Source: Desulfuromonas sp. (lineage in GTDB: Bacteria; Desulfobacterota; Desulfuromonadia; Desulfuromonadales; BM103). Taken from it: a stretch of 50,084 nucleotides of DNA. The translations under genes were made by a program, and so were the position numbers. The stretch's first letter is position 1; each line of letters begins with the position of its first letter. Location of the stretch: assembly GCA_002869725.1 (NCBI GenBank), contig PKTY01000137.1:1-50084 (forward strand), in the 5' to 3' direction. The notes under the pieces were generated by a model that saw nothing but the letters and a program-made list of their open reading frames with translations, made no database searches and was not told where the DNA came from. Below are positions 48,575 through 50,084 of the stretch, in pieces.

Positions 48575-50084
48575 ATGAATCACCGAATCATTCAAGACCT
48601 CTTTGAGCGGTCTGTTGCGACCGGCGGCGGCCGGCCGGCCGTCATCGAAGCGGACCTTTGTCTCAGCTATACCGAGCTTAATAGGCGGGCGAACCGCCTG
48701 GCCTGGGTTGTCAAGGATGCCGGGGTCAGCCCGAACGGCATTGTGGCTGTCGCCCAGGGGGCGGGTGCGGGACTAATCGTCTCGGAACTCGCCTCTCTCA
48801 AGGCAGGCTGCGCTTTCATGCCGATCTCGCTGCAGACACCTCAGGCACGCCTGGCCATTGTGCTACAAAGAGCCCGGCCTCAGGCCCTGGTCGCCCCCCT
48901 GGAGGACGCCGACCTGATTGCCGGTCTGCTCGCTGCGAGCGACAATCCACAACTGACCACGGTTTTGGTCGACCGAAGCGGAGCCTTCTTCACGTTGGGA
49001 GGGGACGGTGTTCTGCAACAGGTCCTCCCGGCCAGGGAGGACAACCCGCCGTCTTTGGCCGAGCCCGACTCCGGAGCCTATGTGGTCTTTACCTCCGGCT
49101 CGACCGGAGAGCCGAAGATTATCCTCGGCCTACAGAAAAGCCTGAGCCATTTCCTTCATTGGGAGAAAGGCGAATTCGATCTCGGGCCGGAGCTGCGGAC
49201 CCTTTCTTTGGCTCCGCCGACCTTTGACGTCAGCCTACGCGATATCTACCTGCCACTGCTCTGTGGTGGAGCGGTTTGCATCCCCGATCCTGCGACACGA
49301 CAGAACATTCCGGCACTGGTTCGCTTTGTCGGCCAACAGCAGGTCAACCTGATTCACTGTGTCCCCTCGCTGTTCCGGGAGATCACCAGCCACCTTCAGC
49401 AGCATGACCCGGAAGCTTTTCAGGGGGTCGATTACCTGCTACTGGCCGGAGAGCCCCTGTACGGTGCCGATGTGCTGCGCTTTCGACAGGCCACCACCGG
49501 CAAAACCCGTCTGGTCAATCTCTACGGTCCTTCCGAAACAACTCTGGCTAAAATGTTTTTCCGCATCGATGGAGAGAGTTTGGCACCGGGTCAAATCGTA
49601 CCGGTGGGGAGCCCAATCAGCAACACAGCGGTACTGATTCTTAAGGGAAATCGCCTCTGCAAGGCTGGTGAACCGGGAGAAATTCATATCAAGACCCCTT
49701 TTCGCTCCCGGGGCTACATCGGCAACGACCAGCTCAACGCCCAGGTTTTTATACAGAACCCGCTGAGTGACACACCGGACATCCTCTACAAAACCGGCGA
49801 CATGGGACGATATCGTCCCGATCACAAGGTCGACTTCATCGGCAGGATCGATCGTCAAGTCAAACTGCGTGGCAACCGGGTTGAGCTGCCGGAAGTAGAG
49901 CAGGCGGTGGCAGCTCTCGACAAGATTCACCAGGTCTTCGTCCGCGCCAACCTCAAAGATGGCTTGGTGGACGGCCTGACCTGCTACTACACTGCGCAAG
50001 AAAAAATCTCTCGTGAAGAACTTGTCGTCGGGCTAAGGAAGAGCCTTCCCGACTACATGATCCCGACTTTTTTTGTCCAACTCG
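48575..50084 (+). CDS. NRPS amino acid adenylation domain protein (3' truncated by window edge; not in ORF track)
   Basis: Hand translation from ATG 48575 open to the end: LSYTELN, YVVFTSGSTGEPK, FDVS, LAGEPL, NLYGPSE, YKTGD, GRIDRQVKLRGNRVEL, LPDYMIP. Confidence 0.95.
   Translation, partial: MNHRIIQDLFERSVATGGGRPAVIEADLCLSYTELNRRANRLAWVVKDAGVSPNGIVAVAQGAGAGLIVSELASLKAGCAFMPISLQTPQARLAIVLQRARPQALVAPLEDADLIAGLLAASDNPQLTTVLVDRSGAFFTLGGDGVLQQVLPAREDNPPSLAEPDSGAYVVFTSGSTGEPKIILGLQKSLSHFLHWEKGEFDLGPELRTLSLAPPTFDVSLRDIYLPLLCGGAVCIPDPATRQNIPALVRFVGQQQVNLIHCVPSLFREITSHLQQHDPEAFQGVDYLLLAGEPLYGADVLRFRQATTGKTRLVNLYGPSETTLAKMFFRIDGESLAPGQIVPVGSPISNTAVLILKGNRLCKAGEPGEIHIKTPFRSRGYIGNDQLNAQVFIQNPLSDTPDILYKTGDMGRYRPDHKVDFIGRIDRQVKLRGNRVELPEVEQAVAALDKIHQVFVRANLKDGLVDGLTCYYTAQEKISREELVVGLRKSLPDYMIPTFFVQL

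Noticed and set aside
49359..49999. ORF-track calls 49359-49637 (+) and 49439-49999 (-)
   Set aside because: Both overlap the real NRPS frame starting at 48575

Overview
GC-rich bacterial chromosomal segment whose gene order and protein style suggest Desulfuromonadales (Geobacter/Desulfuromonas-like; inference from recalled synteny). About 43.5 kb is mostly housekeeping: larC(partial)-pgpA-cinA-thpR-recA-pilT-recX-alaS, a REC-HisKA kinase, hslVU, argB-argD-argF-argG-argH, dapA-dapB-dapL, an MMPL/RND transporter, uup, rhomboid, mtnA, glnE, and a minus-strand degP-like/rluD/pgeF/regulator/ttcA/PilZ run. The arg operon carries four extra genes: an orphan beta-class DNA methyltransferase, a Zn-ribbon RDD protein, a Nudix hydrolase and a divergent nitrilase-fold protein. 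GTAG-type REP hairpins sit in some intergenic gaps. From about 43.6 kb an accessory locus begins: STAS protein, DUF697-like protein, small membrane protein, type II thioesterase, orphan ParA ATPase, second DUF697-like paralogue with a basic N-terminal extension, outer-membrane beta-barrel, and an NRPS adenylation domain that runs off the window and is absent from the ORF track. This ParA/DUF697/NRPS locus is the best candidate for an undescribed system. No rRNA, tRNA, CRISPR array or transposase was seen. All family calls are by motif recognition, with no database search.
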